The translations under genes and the position numbers were made by a program. Positions 50,043 through 59,934 of a stretch of DNA of 64,000 nucleotides are shown in pieces. This DNA is from an uncultured Pelagibacteraceae bacterium (GTDB lineage Bacteria; Pseudomonadota; Alphaproteobacteria; Pelagibacterales; Pelagibacteraceae). The notes under the pieces are model-generated. The model was not told the DNA's origin. It ran no database searches and was given only the letters and a program-made list of their open reading frames with translations. The first letter of the stretch is position 1, and every line of letters begins with the position of its first letter. Location of the stretch: contig CACBFA010000001.1 of NCBI GenBank assembly GCA_902538525.1, positions 60,250 through 124,249 of the forward strand, in the 5' to 3' direction.

Positions 50043-50180
50043 AGCATTTCTTTAATATAATAAATCAATAACTCAATAATCTTTAAAATTTCCTATCTTT
50101 TCAAATTTGTATTAAATTCAAACAATTTAATGAAAGTTTTGAACAAATTGTTAACATAATTCAACTTTAGGTATGTATTA

Positions 50181-50513
50181 ATGATTGTTGCTTTTAAAAA
50201 TAATACTTTATCAAAAAAATTTATTGCTCTGTTTATCACATTAACAATAATTTTTTTAACTGGATGCCAGACAATTAAAAAGAAATCTGATGAAGTGGCT
50301 GAAAAAGAGAATGAAAAATTTGGTCAATTCGTTGGAAAAGAAGTTAATGAGATGAGATTAGAATTAGGCTCACCTTCAGAAGATTTTGTCAATGAACTCG
50401 GAAATGAAATGCTTATCTACAAAACAAAAAAATATGGAATTCCTTGTGAAAGAAAATTTGAGGTGAATGCATCAGGGGTTATTATCGGATTTAGCTCTAG
50501 CGGATGCATTTAG
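50181..50513 (+). CDS. Hypothetical lipoprotein
   Basis: Lipobox LTGC; LGSP motif and two C-terminal Cys; no firm family. Confidence 0.7.
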   Translation: MIVAFKNNTLSKKFIALFITLTIIFLTGCQTIKKKSDEVAEKENEKFGQFVGKEVNEMRLELGSPSEDFVNELGNEMLIYKTKKYGIPCERKFEVNASGVIIGFSSSGCI

Positions 50514-50514
50514 T

Positions 50515-50537
50515 CTTGTGGGGACTAGCCCCACAAG
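50515..50537. terminator. GC-rich hairpin between convergent genes (terminator or 3' stabiliser)
   Basis: Perfect 9-bp stem CTTGTGGGG/CCCCACAAG, 5-nt loop; no strong U tract. Confidence 0.65.
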
Positions 50538-50545
50538 CAAGGTAC

Positions 50546-50992
50546 TTATTTAATTTCAATAAGTTTCTTTTTTTTATGGTCTGGAATAATCCTTTCACAT
50601 GCAATTGTTAAAAGACCATCTTTTAACTCTGCACCATTCACTTTTACGTCATCAGCAATTGTAAATGATCTCGCAAATTGTCTTTGCGATATACCTTTGT
50701 GGATTATCTCTCCATCTTGGTTTTTGTTTTCACTTCTATCAACTTGTTTAGTTCTTACAGTTAATAGATTATCTTCAAACTCTACCTCAACATCTTTTTT
50801 GCTAAAACCAGCTAAAGCAACCTCTATTGAGTAGTTATCTTTGCCAGTTCTTCTTATGTTGTAAGGCGGGTAGTTTGACTGCATACTTAAACCACCATTG
50901 CCCAACATACTTTCGAATTGGTCAAACATATCGTCAAAACCAATTGAGAAAGGCCGAAGTGAGTTGAAAATTGATAGATCCTTACTTGTCAT
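50546..50992 (-). CDS. ibpA: Small heat shock protein (Hsp20, IbpA-like)
   Basis: IGFD, YPPYNI, IEVALAGF, HKGISQRQF.RSF, A.L.DGLL.I. Confidence 0.94.
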   Translation of the reverse strand: MTSKDLSIFNSLRPFSIGFDDMFDQFESMLGNGGLSMQSNYPPYNIRRTGKDNYSIEVALAGFSKKDVEVEFEDNLLTVRTKQVDRSENKNQDGEIIHKGISQRQFARSFTIADDVKVNGAELKDGLLTIACERIIPDHKKKKLIEIK

Positions 50993-51052
50993 ATTATCCT
51001 CCTTTAATTAAGCAAGTTTATTTATTGCTAGCCCCATTAGGCGACTAACAAT
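50993..51052 (-). ncRNA. ROSE-like RNA thermometer in the hsp20 5' UTR
   Basis: 5' hairpin AUUGUUAGUC-G-CC(UAAU)GG-GGCUAGCAAU, then CUUGCUU...AAGGAG hairpin pairing the U(U/C)GCU motif with the SD. Confidence 0.75.
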
Positions 51053-51054
51053 GT

Positions 51055-51084
51055 TTATATGGTAATTAATTTTGATATTTCAAG
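51055..51084 (-). promoter_or_regulatory. RpoH (sigma32) promoter of hsp20
   Basis: Minus strand CTTGAA-N16-CCATATA just upstream of the ROSE-like UTR. Confidence 0.8.
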
Positions 51085-51085
51085 A

Positions 51086-53167
51086 TCAAGTGTTTAATTT
51101 TCCAGCTATTTTCAAAGCGAACGCATAGTCAACAGCAATCTCCTCAATTGCTCCATCTCTTCCAGATTTTCCTCCATGACCTGCATTCATTTCTGTTTTT
51201 AATAAAAGTAAATTGTTATCCGTTTTGTAATCCCTTAATTTTGCAGTAAATTTTGCTGGCTCATCAAATAATACCCTGTTATCACTTAGACTTGTTGTTA
51301 TCAAAATGTTTGGGTAATCCATCTTTTTAATATTGTTATAAGGTGCATATGAAAATATGTAATCAAAGTGTTCTTTTTTATCTTTAGCATTTCCAAATTC
51401 ATCAAATTCACCGACTGTTAATGGTAACGAATGGTCTAAGTTCGTGGTCAACGAGTCAACAAAAGGAACAGCCATAACAATACCCAAAAATAATTCAGGC
51501 GCTTGGTTAACAACGGCTCCCATTAAAAGACCTCCAGCAGATCCACCCATTCCAATAATATTACCTTTAGACGTAAACTTTTTTTCAATTAAAAATTTTG
51601 CAGAAGCAATGTAATCTTCAAAAGTATTTTTCTTGTTTAATAACTTTCCTTCTTTCCACCATTTCATTCCTTTTTCCATACCGCCTCTAATATGAGAAGT
51701 TACCCATATAATATCTCGCTCTATTAAACTTATTCTTGTTGAAGAAAAACCTGGTGACATAGAACTACCGTAAGATCCATACCCATATAATAATAATTTT
51801 GCAGATCCATCTAATTTAGTTTTTTTATGTCTTGTTATAGTTATAGGAACCATTCTTCCGTCATGAGAGGTACACTCTAATCTTTCAACTATGTAGTCAT
51901 CAGAATTATGGCCACTAGGAATCTCTTGTTCTTTAACTAATTTTTTGTCCTTTGTTTTAAGATTGTATATGTAAGTCCTTCCAGGAGTTTTTGGTGATGA
52001 ATATGATAAATAGACGGTATCAGTATTTCTATCTCTTTGGGTTAACGACACACCAGGAACAATAACTTTTTCATCTGAAAAAAATATTTCTTCTTCTTCA
52101 TCATTTTTTGGATTTCTTAATATTAATTTTGATAATGCATTAGAAGTTTCAGATCTTATAATCCAATCATTTAAAAAAATTAATCCTCCAATTAAAACCT
52201 CTTCTCGTGCAGGTATAAATGTTTCCCACTCCTTTTTTTCTAAATCATTTGTCTTTTCGATCTTAAAATCTTCTGCATCCTCATTTGTATGTTTATAGAA
52301 ATTACCATTCCATGAATTGACCGAATATATTATCCCTCTTTTTCTTTTATCAATTAGTTTTGGTTTTGGAATTATTTCATCTGCTTTAAAATAATACTGT
52401 TCAGACGTATTATGATCAGATGATGTAATAAAAAAATACTTTTCATCAGAGCTAAGACTTATTCCTACAGTAAATGCTTCACTTTCTTCTTTAAATATAA
52501 GAATATCTTTACTAGTAGGAGCTCCAATTTCATGCCTGTAAATTTCTCTTGGTCTGTGATTGTCGTCAAGTTTAGAGTAAAAAATATATTTGTCATCTAA
52601 GCTAAATGTTATTCCACCACTTGTATTTTCAATTTTTTCACCAACTTGCTCTCGACTTTTAATATCTCTTATATGTATGGAGTAATATTCAGATCCTTTT
52701 AAATCTAATGAATAAGCTAGTAATTTATCATTATAGCTAACTTCTAAGTCTCCAAGCCCAAAATATTCTGTTTTAAGCTTTTCTTTTTCTAAATCACCAT
52801 TCCAAATTTCTTCTATTTCATCAGAATCAATTTTTTTTCTTAACTTTATAGAATAATTTCCTTTTGTTGTTGTTTTTGTCCAGTAACTATATCTTACATC
52901 TTTAAACGGAAGAGACTCATCATCAAGTTTAATTCTTCCCTTAATCTCATCGAATAAAACTTTTTGAATTTCTTTTGTATCTGACATTTGATGACTAAAA
53001 TAATCATTTTCATCTTCAAGATATTTTCTCACCTCTGGCAATAATTTTGAACTATCTTTCAATACTTCAAGTATATTTTCCTGATGTATCCAACTATAAT
53101 CGTCTTCCCAAGTTACATTGTGACAAGATTTTAATTCTGGTTTTTTTTTAAGCTGTGGTATTTTCAT
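51086..53167 (-). CDS. ptrB: Oligopeptidase B (S9A)
   Basis: YGYGSYG, HIRGG, GGSAGG, VPFVD, D.RV...EPAK, AGHGG. Confidence 0.94.
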   Translation of the reverse strand: MKIPQLKKKPELKSCHNVTWEDDYSWIHQENILEVLKDSSKLLPEVRKYLEDENDYFSHQMSDTKEIQKVLFDEIKGRIKLDDESLPFKDVRYSYWTKTTTKGNYSIKLRKKIDSDEIEEIWNGDLEKEKLKTEYFGLGDLEVSYNDKLLAYSLDLKGSEYYSIHIRDIKSREQVGEKIENTSGGITFSLDDKYIFYSKLDDNHRPREIYRHEIGAPTSKDILIFKEESEAFTVGISLSSDEKYFFITSSDHNTSEQYYFKADEIIPKPKLIDKRKRGIIYSVNSWNGNFYKHTNEDAEDFKIEKTNDLEKKEWETFIPAREEVLIGGLIFLNDWIIRSETSNALSKLILRNPKNDEEEEIFFSDEKVIVPGVSLTQRDRNTDTVYLSYSSPKTPGRTYIYNLKTKDKKLVKEQEIPSGHNSDDYIVERLECTSHDGRMVPITITRHKKTKLDGSAKLLLYGYGSYGSSMSPGFSSTRISLIERDIIWVTSHIRGGMEKGMKWWKEGKLLNKKNTFEDYIASAKFLIEKKFTSKGNIIGMGGSAGGLLMGAVVNQAPELFLGIVMAVPFVDSLTTNLDHSLPLTVGEFDEFGNAKDKKEHFDYIFSYAPYNNIKKMDYPNILITTSLSDNRVLFDEPAKFTAKLRDYKTDNNLLLLKTEMNAGHGGKSGRDGAIEEIAVDYAFALKIAGKLNT

Positions 53168-53184
53168 TTAAATTTAATTAATTT

Positions 53185-53694
53185 ATGAATATTTTTTTTG
53201 CAATACTAATAATCTTTATAATTCTTTATATTTTACTAAATTGGTTTGCCAAAACCTCAACAAAAAAAATATCAAAATTTGTAAGAACATTTATTATAAT
53301 TTCTTCAATATTGTTAGCGGTAATAATGGCATATGCAGGAAGATATATATTTTCCTTACCATTTATGTTGGCTATTTTGCCTTTAATTAAAACGAAAGCA
53401 GGTATTTCTTTATTTCAGCTATTTAGATTATGGGGACTTTTTAGAGTTTTAAAAAATTCTGGCAGATTTAATTTTAATCAATTTAATCAAAATATGTCAT
53501 CTCAGAATATGAGTTTAGATGAAGCATATAGAATTTTAAATTTAGACCCCAAAAAAAAATATACAAAAGATGAAGTGATGAATTCTTATAAAAAAATTAT
53601 GAAAAAAATTCATCCAGACAGAAGTCCAGAATTAAATAATATTGCTACTTTAGTGAACCAAGCCAAAGACACAGTCTTAAAATCGGTTATTTAA
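53185..53694 (+). CDS. Membrane-anchored C-terminal J-domain protein (TimB/Pam18-like)
   Basis: N-terminal TMs; MSLDEAYRILNL...YKKIMKKIHPD truncated J domain. Confidence 0.8.
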   Translation: MNIFFAILIIFIILYILLNWFAKTSTKKISKFVRTFIIISSILLAVIMAYAGRYIFSLPFMLAILPLIKTKAGISLFQLFRLWGLFRVLKNSGRFNFNQFNQNMSSQNMSLDEAYRILNLDPKKKYTKDEVMNSYKKIMKKIHPDRSPELNNIATLVNQAKDTVLKSVI

Positions 53695-54626
53695 GTATAG
53701 CTTAGTATTGATTTGTATACTTGTTCGACCTTAATTAAATTTGGATCAATTTCACTTCCATGTTTAATATTGTTAATATCATAACCTTCAGGAATAATTC
53801 TAATATGATTGGGAGTATAATCTGTATATGCTTTTGGAGAGTCCAGTAAAATTACAAGGCTTGGTTTGCCAGATTGTGATGAAATATGTGAACCAAATGA
53901 ATCATTCCCCACATACATATCTGCAGAAGCTATAAATGGTATTACTTCTGAGATATTTTTGTCACTAAGATCTGTAATATTATCTCTTTCAACCTTATCA
54001 ATTATTTCTTGAGAAATTAATTTTTCATTAGGACCACACAAAATAAAAAAATTAAATTTATTTAGTTTATTTAACTCATTTATTAGATTTGAGTAATTAT
54101 CAGTACCCCATTTTGTCGTTGGACCTGAAGATCCAGCTCCAATTACAATGTTAAATTTTGACTTATCAAAATAAGTTGAGACTTCTTTCAGTTTATTTTC
54201 CTTTATGTGAAATTTTGTATATGTTTGACATTTCTCTATATTTAATATGTTCGCAGTGAAATTTTGTGCTGCGTTGATTAAATGAAGATTTTTCTTTTTA
54301 AATAAAGGATAGTGATAAATATCTTTTATTCCAGCTAACTTACACGCGATGAATATTCTAGGACTTGGATAATAAATAAATATTTTATCAAAATTGTATT
54401 TTTTTAATTCTGATGAAAAACTTAATATATTTTTAAATTTATTATATTTTTTATCTATTACTATGACTTCTTTAATTTTAGGATCATCCTCCAATGCATC
54501 CGACAAATTCTTGCATAATGTAAAAACTGTTATAGGTCCAAACTTTTCAGATAACTGATGCACATAACTAAGATGTAACAAATTTGCTCCAAGACCTATA
54601 TAGCTAAGATAAACACAAACTTTCAT
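53691..54626 (-). CDS. Glycosyltransferase family 9 (heptosyltransferase-like)
   Basis: GSSGPTTKW, GPNE, DLS, YVGNDS..SH. Confidence 0.82.
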   Translation of the reverse strand: MKVCVYLSYIGLGANLLHLSYVHQLSEKFGPITVFTLCKNLSDALEDDPKIKEVIVIDKKYNKFKNILSFSSELKKYNFDKIFIYYPSPRIFIACKLAGIKDIYHYPLFKKKNLHLINAAQNFTANILNIEKCQTYTKFHIKENKLKEVSTYFDKSKFNIVIGAGSSGPTTKWGTDNYSNLINELNKLNKFNFFILCGPNEKLISQEIIDKVERDNITDLSDKNISEVIPFIASADMYVGNDSFGSHISSQSGKPSLVILLDSPKAYTDYTPNHIRIIPEGYDINNIKHGSEIDPNLIKVEQVYKSILSYT

Positions 54627-54699
54627 AAGTATTTAGAATATATTTTTTTATTATTTTTTTCTTAAATCTATTCTATAAATATACTCATATAATTAAGTT

Positions 54700-55578
54700 A
54701 TGATTAATGGAATATATGCAGCTACACTGTCAGTATTAGATAAAAATCTGGCGTTAAATACTGAAAAAACGATTAAATATGCAGAAAACTTAATCGACAA
54801 AGGTTGCCATGGAGTCGTTTTTTTTGGAAGTACTGGACAGTCACAACTCATATCTCTTTCGGAAAAAATTCAATTAATCAATTTGTTACCAAAAAGTAAT
54901 TATAGGGATAAATTTATAATTGGAACTGGTCTTAATTCGCTAGTTGACAATATTAATTTGATAAAGATAGCCAAATCAAACGGGTTTAATAAATTTTTAA
55001 TTATGCCCCCTGCCTATTATAAATATAGCGATGACGATGTGATTAATTTTTACTCAAGAATAATAGATGAAATTAATGAATGTAAAATAATTTTATATAA
55101 TTTCGAAAAACTCTCAGGATATAAATTTAGTATTGATTGTGTTGAAGAGCTAGCAAAAAAATTTCCAACTCAAATAGTTGGGGTAAAAGACAGCTCTTAT
55201 AATTTGTATGAAAATTTGAAAATAGATAATTTTTCAGTAATGCCAGGTTCAGAATCAAAATTATTGAAAGGACTCGAATTAGGTTGCTCTGGAATAATTA
55301 CAGCAACAACAAATGTTACTTCAATTTTGGCAAGAGATGTTTACGATAAATTTCAAAATGGATCAGATCAATCTTCAAACGAAAAGTTGTGTTTAGTAAG
55401 AAGTATTTTCGATAAATTCAATTTAATCTCTGGATTACATACTTTCATGGCACAAATTGATCAGGAGTACCAGAATTTAATTCCACCATTGAAGCTATTA
55501 AATGAAAACGAAAAAAAAATATTTTTTGATGAACTTCAAAAACTTGATTTTGATTTTAAACACTTAAAAGCGGCATAA
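54700..55578 (+). CDS. DapA/NAL-family class I aldolase, substrate unknown
   Basis: GSTGQ, PPAYY, LYN, GVKDSS Schiff-base Lys. Confidence 0.85.
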   Translation: MINGIYAATLSVLDKNLALNTEKTIKYAENLIDKGCHGVVFFGSTGQSQLISLSEKIQLINLLPKSNYRDKFIIGTGLNSLVDNINLIKIAKSNGFNKFLIMPPAYYKYSDDDVINFYSRIIDEINECKIILYNFEKLSGYKFSIDCVEELAKKFPTQIVGVKDSSYNLYENLKIDNFSVMPGSESKLLKGLELGCSGIITATTNVTSILARDVYDKFQNGSDQSSNEKLCLVRSIFDKFNLISGLHTFMAQIDQEYQNLIPPLKLLNENEKKIFFDELQKLDFDFKHLKAA

Positions 55579-56765
55579 TGAAACTTATAAATTTTTTAAA
55601 TGATTTATTCAAAGAAGATGGCTTTATATTAATAGATTATAATTCTAACAGATATGTTATAGGAAAGCCTTTGAAAGAAATTCCTATAGAATTACAATTG
55701 TTAGACAAAAGTTTGCATACAAAATTACTTTTCCATCCTGATTTATATTTTGGTGAAGCCTATACAAACGGCTCTCTAAGATTAAAAAATGGAACTTTGA
55801 CAGAATTTCTTGATATAGCTTTTAAAAATATTGGAAGAGCAGATATTAATATTTATGGAAAGACATTAAATAAAATAAAGGGAACTTTAAAATACTTAAC
55901 AAGTTTTAATAAAATTATTAAATCCAAACAAAATGTTGCACACCATTATGATATTTCAGAAAAGTTATATGATTTATTTCTTGATAAAAAAAGACAATAT
56001 TCATGCGCATACTTCAAAAATGAAAATGACACTTTAGAAACTGCTCAAGAAAATAAAATCGATCATATAATTAAAAAACTTCATATACAACCTAACCAAA
56101 AAGTTTTGGATATTGGATCTGGTTGGGGAACACTTGCAATTGACATTGCAAAAAAAACAAAAGCTTCAGTTACCGGAATTACACTTTCGGAAAATCAATT
56201 AAAATATAGCCAAGAAAAAGCCAAAGAATTAAATTTAGATAATCAAGTTGAATTTAAATTAATAGATTACAGACAATTGAATGAAAAATTTGATAGGATA
56301 GTTAGTGTTGGAATGTTTGAACATGTTGGAAAAAAATTCTATCAAACCTATTTTAATAGAGTATCTAAAATGTTAAAAAAAGATGGAGTAGCTTTGATAC
56401 ACACAATTGGATCAAATCTACCACCTAGAGACCCACAGCCTTGGATAACAAAATATATATTTCCTGGTGGATACACCCCTAGTTTAAGCGAAATAGCAAG
56501 GCCAATAGAGGATTCTGGATTGATAGCTACAGATATAGAGATTTTAAGGATGCACTATGCTCACACTTTAAGAAATTGGAAAGAGAGATTTCTATCAAAA
56601 AAAGATCAAGTTTTAGAAATGTTTGACGAAAAATTTTTAAGGATGTGGGAATTTTATCTTACAAGTTGTGAAATGGCCTTTAAATGGGGAGATCAAGTTG
56701 TATTTCAACTACAACTAACTAAAGATATAAAATCTGTTCCTAATACTAGAGACTATATTTATTAA
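55578..56765 (+). CDS. cfa: Cyclopropane-fatty-acyl-phospholipid synthase family methyltransferase
   Basis: FGEAY, NVAHHYD, YSCAYF, LDIGSGWG, SVGMFEHVG, KYIFPGG, RMWEFYL. Confidence 0.92.
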   Translation: MKLINFLNDLFKEDGFILIDYNSNRYVIGKPLKEIPIELQLLDKSLHTKLLFHPDLYFGEAYTNGSLRLKNGTLTEFLDIAFKNIGRADINIYGKTLNKIKGTLKYLTSFNKIIKSKQNVAHHYDISEKLYDLFLDKKRQYSCAYFKNENDTLETAQENKIDHIIKKLHIQPNQKVLDIGSGWGTLAIDIAKKTKASVTGITLSENQLKYSQEKAKELNLDNQVEFKLIDYRQLNEKFDRIVSVGMFEHVGKKFYQTYFNRVSKMLKKDGVALIHTIGSNLPPRDPQPWITKYIFPGGYTPSLSEIARPIEDSGLIATDIEILRMHYAHTLRNWKERFLSKKDQVLEMFDEKFLRMWEFYLTSCEMAFKWGDQVVFQLQLTKDIKSVPNTRDYIY

Positions 56766-56793
56766 AAATTAGCTGATAAAGCTGTTTTTTTAA

Positions 56794-57972
56794 ATGAAAA
56801 AAAAGAAAAAAAAATCTAAAAAAAAAAATCTAAAAGTAAAGTTTAAAAAATCCAAAAATAAATCCAAATCAAAATTTAAAAAAAAAAGATCTAAATTAAA
56901 GAAAAAAATAACAAAGAGAGCAAATCAAAGAAAAAAAATTAAAAAAGTTAAGTTAAAGACAAGTACTGTAAAGGGCATTGTTTCAAGAACAGTTAGACTT
57001 GAGGAAGATTTAAAAAATAAGTTTTCCTTTAAATTTAGTTTTAATTTATTAGCAATTGATAAATTAATACAAAAATTTTTTCAAAGTATAGAATTTAGAT
57101 TAATTCGATTTAAAGAGATAAGGGCCGAGGAAAAAAGGCAAATTAAACTTGAGAAAATAGAACAGGCAGAAAAGGAAAAAATCGAAATTGAGAAACAAAA
57201 GAAAGCAGATGAGTTAGCTTTTTTAAAAGAAAAAGAAATCCAGTTAAAACAAGAACAAAAATTGGAAAGAGAAAGAGCAAAAGATATAAAATTATTTTTA
57301 AGAAAAGAACAGGCCATATTAAGAAAAGAGCAGGCGGAGAGACAAAAGAAATTTTTACAAGAATTAAAATTAGAAAAACAAATTGAAAAGTTTAGAATAA
57401 GAGAGGTAAAAGAATTAGAACAACTAGAAAAGTTAGCTTTAAGAGAAAAGAGAGAGGACTATTCAGGATTACAAGCGCGTATCGAAAAACTAAAATTAAA
57501 ATATCAACAAATAAGAGATCAGAAAATAAGAGAAAGAGTCGAGGCGCTAGGTGTAGAAACACAAGAAGGAGACGATAGAGCAAAATTACTTCAAAGAGAA
57601 AGGGAGTATACTTTAGCTAGGCAAAAAATTGAGTTTGCACTTGAAAGCTTTTACAGAAGTGCGAATAGTTTAGTTTTTCAACTTAATAAAAGATATATAA
57701 CTAAACATATGTCTATCTTGAGATGCATAGACAGAAGATTTGAAACTGGAGAGATTTTTATAAAATGGGATGAGACAATTGATGATGAGTGGTTAATACT
57801 AATTTATATTAAAAATAATTCTCCAGACGAAGGTATAGTCATTGAAGATAAAACAAATGAAGAAAAAAATATTTCATATGAATTTAAACCAAGTGAAATT
57901 TTTAAGGCTTCAGATTTAATGGTAGATTCATTAACGCAGTTGATTGCAAAAAAAAGATCTAAGAATAATTAA
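56794..57972 (+). CDS. Hypothetical protein: poly-basic N-terminus, long charged helix, C-terminal globular domain
   Basis: 392-codon ORF filling the gap between cfa and the TPR gene; no recognisable family. Confidence 0.8.
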   Translation: MKKKKKKSKKKNLKVKFKKSKNKSKSKFKKKRSKLKKKITKRANQRKKIKKVKLKTSTVKGIVSRTVRLEEDLKNKFSFKFSFNLLAIDKLIQKFFQSIEFRLIRFKEIRAEEKRQIKLEKIEQAEKEKIEIEKQKKADELAFLKEKEIQLKQEQKLERERAKDIKLFLRKEQAILRKEQAERQKKFLQELKLEKQIEKFRIREVKELEQLEKLALREKREDYSGLQARIEKLKLKYQQIRDQKIRERVEALGVETQEGDDRAKLLQREREYTLARQKIEFALESFYRSANSLVFQLNKRYITKHMSILRCIDRRFETGEIFIKWDETIDDEWLILIYIKNNSPDEGIVIEDKTNEEKNISYEFKPSEIFKASDLMVDSLTQLIAKKRSKNN

Positions 57973-58517
57973 ATTTGTTGGTCTTTGATAATTTTTTCTA
58001 TTAACTTTATATTTTCTCCACTTTTGATTAATGGATAAATTGACTTTGCTTTTCTCAAGTCATCAACTGCTTTTTCGTATTCCTTTAAGCTTAAGTATAT
58101 TTGCGCTCGCCCAGATAATGCTCCAAAATGTCTTGGCTCTAGATCTAAAACTTTCTCAATATCATCTAACGATTTCTCATAATCCCCTAATATAAATAGT
58201 AATGTTGCTCGTTTATTCCAACCCTCTGCCCATTTTGGGTCCTCTTTAATCACATCTGTAAATAGTTTCAATGCCATTCTATACTGCTGATGGTACATGG
58301 AATAAGTTCCGTTCTCTAATTTGTTCGTCAGATAATCATTGTTTGGGTGTCTTGTCCAATTATTCCAAATCTGATCCTCTAGCTTTTCTGCTTGTTGTAA
58401 ATTTTTTGCATTAAGCAATTCTTTAAATAATATATTTAAATTGTCTGAATACACATTATTTGTACTGACAAATAAAAAGATAATTATAAAACTTATATGT
58501 TTTTTAATCACTGACAT
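57969..58517 (-). CDS. Exported tetratricopeptide repeat protein
   Basis: Signal peptide; PKWAEGWNKRAT, SLDDIEKVLDLEPRHFGALSG. Confidence 0.88.
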   Translation of the reverse strand: MSVIKKHISFIIIFLFVSTNNVYSDNLNILFKELLNAKNLQQAEKLEDQIWNNWTRHPNNDYLTNKLENGTYSMYHQQYRMALKLFTDVIKEDPKWAEGWNKRATLLFILGDYEKSLDDIEKVLDLEPRHFGALSGRAQIYLSLKEYEKAVDDLRKAKSIYPLIKSGENIKLIEKIIKDQQI

Positions 58518-59928
58518 ATACAGATACTCCTCTAGAATTAATATCTACATCAAATTTTTTATGTAATGGTGGAAAAGCTCTTTGAGAACAATCCAGTCTA
58601 TCACAAGTTCTACATGAAACCCCTACAGGTATCTCTGATTTTTTATCATTCAAATCTAAGTTTTCTGTATAAACAAAATCTCTTGCATATTTGGCTTCAC
58701 ATCCAAGTCCAATAGATAACATACTTTTTTTTTGTCCATATCTCCCTATACCTTTTTCAACTGTTCTTGCTATACAAACATACTTTTCACCATTAGTCAT
58801 TTTACTTACTGCAGCCTGTATAACACCAGGTCTAGAAAAAGCCGAATACACATTCCATCGAGGACAAGCACCACCGTAACGAGGTATTTCAATGCCTGAC
58901 AATGAAAACCTTTTTGAAATATTACCAGCAACATCAACTCTCAAAAAATGAAAAGGGACCCCAGGTAATTTTGGATCATTCAAACATGTTACTCTATGTG
59001 TGACTTGTTCAAATGAAGTTGCAAAAGTATTTTGCAATAACTCTAAATCATATTTAAGTTTTTTACATTCAGAATGAAATAATTTGTATGGCATTAAAAT
59101 TGCTGCACCACAATAATTTAATAAAGCAACTTTTGTTAATTTTTTCGATTCTTCATTCGGATAATTAAAAGTATCAAGATAAGAATTTATTATATCACTA
59201 GCCCCCTCTTGTGCAATTTGAGCTGCAGCATGTAATTTTTTTGTTTCCAAAGATAAATAATCAGACAGCAGTAACTTTCTATTTTTGTTATCATAAATTT
59301 TTGAGAATGGTTTTCCTTCCTCAGGAATTATATCTTGTACTTCAATTTTATACTCTGATTTTAAATAATCACATAAAGCAATATATCTTGTTCTATTATT
59401 TTGTTTTATTTGTTCAAAGATTTGATTTGCAAATTCTTCTAGCTTTGGAAAAAAATTTCTATTTTCTTGCAAAAAATCTGAAATTACTTCTCCAGGAAAT
59501 GAGTTTTTTCTATTATCTACAATTTTTCCTGAAAGTTTTTCAATTTTGTTAACCAATTCATGATCTTTTTTTTTCAAAATGTCTCCTAATCTTATTAGAG
59601 CTTTACCGATTTTTGGATTACTATTTGCAAGATCTTTAACTTCTGGACCAACTATATCCAAATCTTCAAAAAGTTGATCATCAAGCAATTCCGAAATTGT
59701 GTTGACCATATTGATATCTGATTTATTTGTTAGATCGCTAATGTTGATGCTTAACTCCTCACAAATTTTTAAAAGTAATTCCCCGTCAATTTTTCTTTTA
59801 CCTCCCTCGATTAAAGCTAAATAACTCGGTGAAATGTTAAGTTGTGAGGCTAGTTTATTTGCCTGCATACCTAGCTGCCTTCTAAAAGCTTTTATTTTTG
59901 GACCAATATTTAATTCTACTTGACTCAT
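58504..59928 (-). CDS. Short-chain fatty acyl-CoA regulator (ScfR family, RamB/PrpR/PccR-like)
   Basis: XRE HTH (ISPSYL.LIE.GKR), SFEQVTHR, RVD.AGNISKR, GGACPRW, GCE, CRTCDRLDC.QRAFP; divergent from aceA. Confidence 0.92.
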   Translation of the reverse strand: MSQVELNIGPKIKAFRRQLGMQANKLASQLNISPSYLALIEGGKRKIDGELLLKICEELSINISDLTNKSDINMVNTISELLDDQLFEDLDIVGPEVKDLANSNPKIGKALIRLGDILKKKDHELVNKIEKLSGKIVDNRKNSFPGEVISDFLQENRNFFPKLEEFANQIFEQIKQNNRTRYIALCDYLKSEYKIEVQDIIPEEGKPFSKIYDNKNRKLLLSDYLSLETKKLHAAAQIAQEGASDIINSYLDTFNYPNEESKKLTKVALLNYCGAAILMPYKLFHSECKKLKYDLELLQNTFATSFEQVTHRVTCLNDPKLPGVPFHFLRVDVAGNISKRFSLSGIEIPRYGGACPRWNVYSAFSRPGVIQAAVSKMTNGEKYVCIARTVEKGIGRYGQKKSMLSIGLGCEAKYARDFVYTENLDLNDKKSEIPVGVSCRTCDRLDCSQRAFPPLHKKFDVDINSRGVSVYVSD

Positions 59929-59934
59929 TTACTA

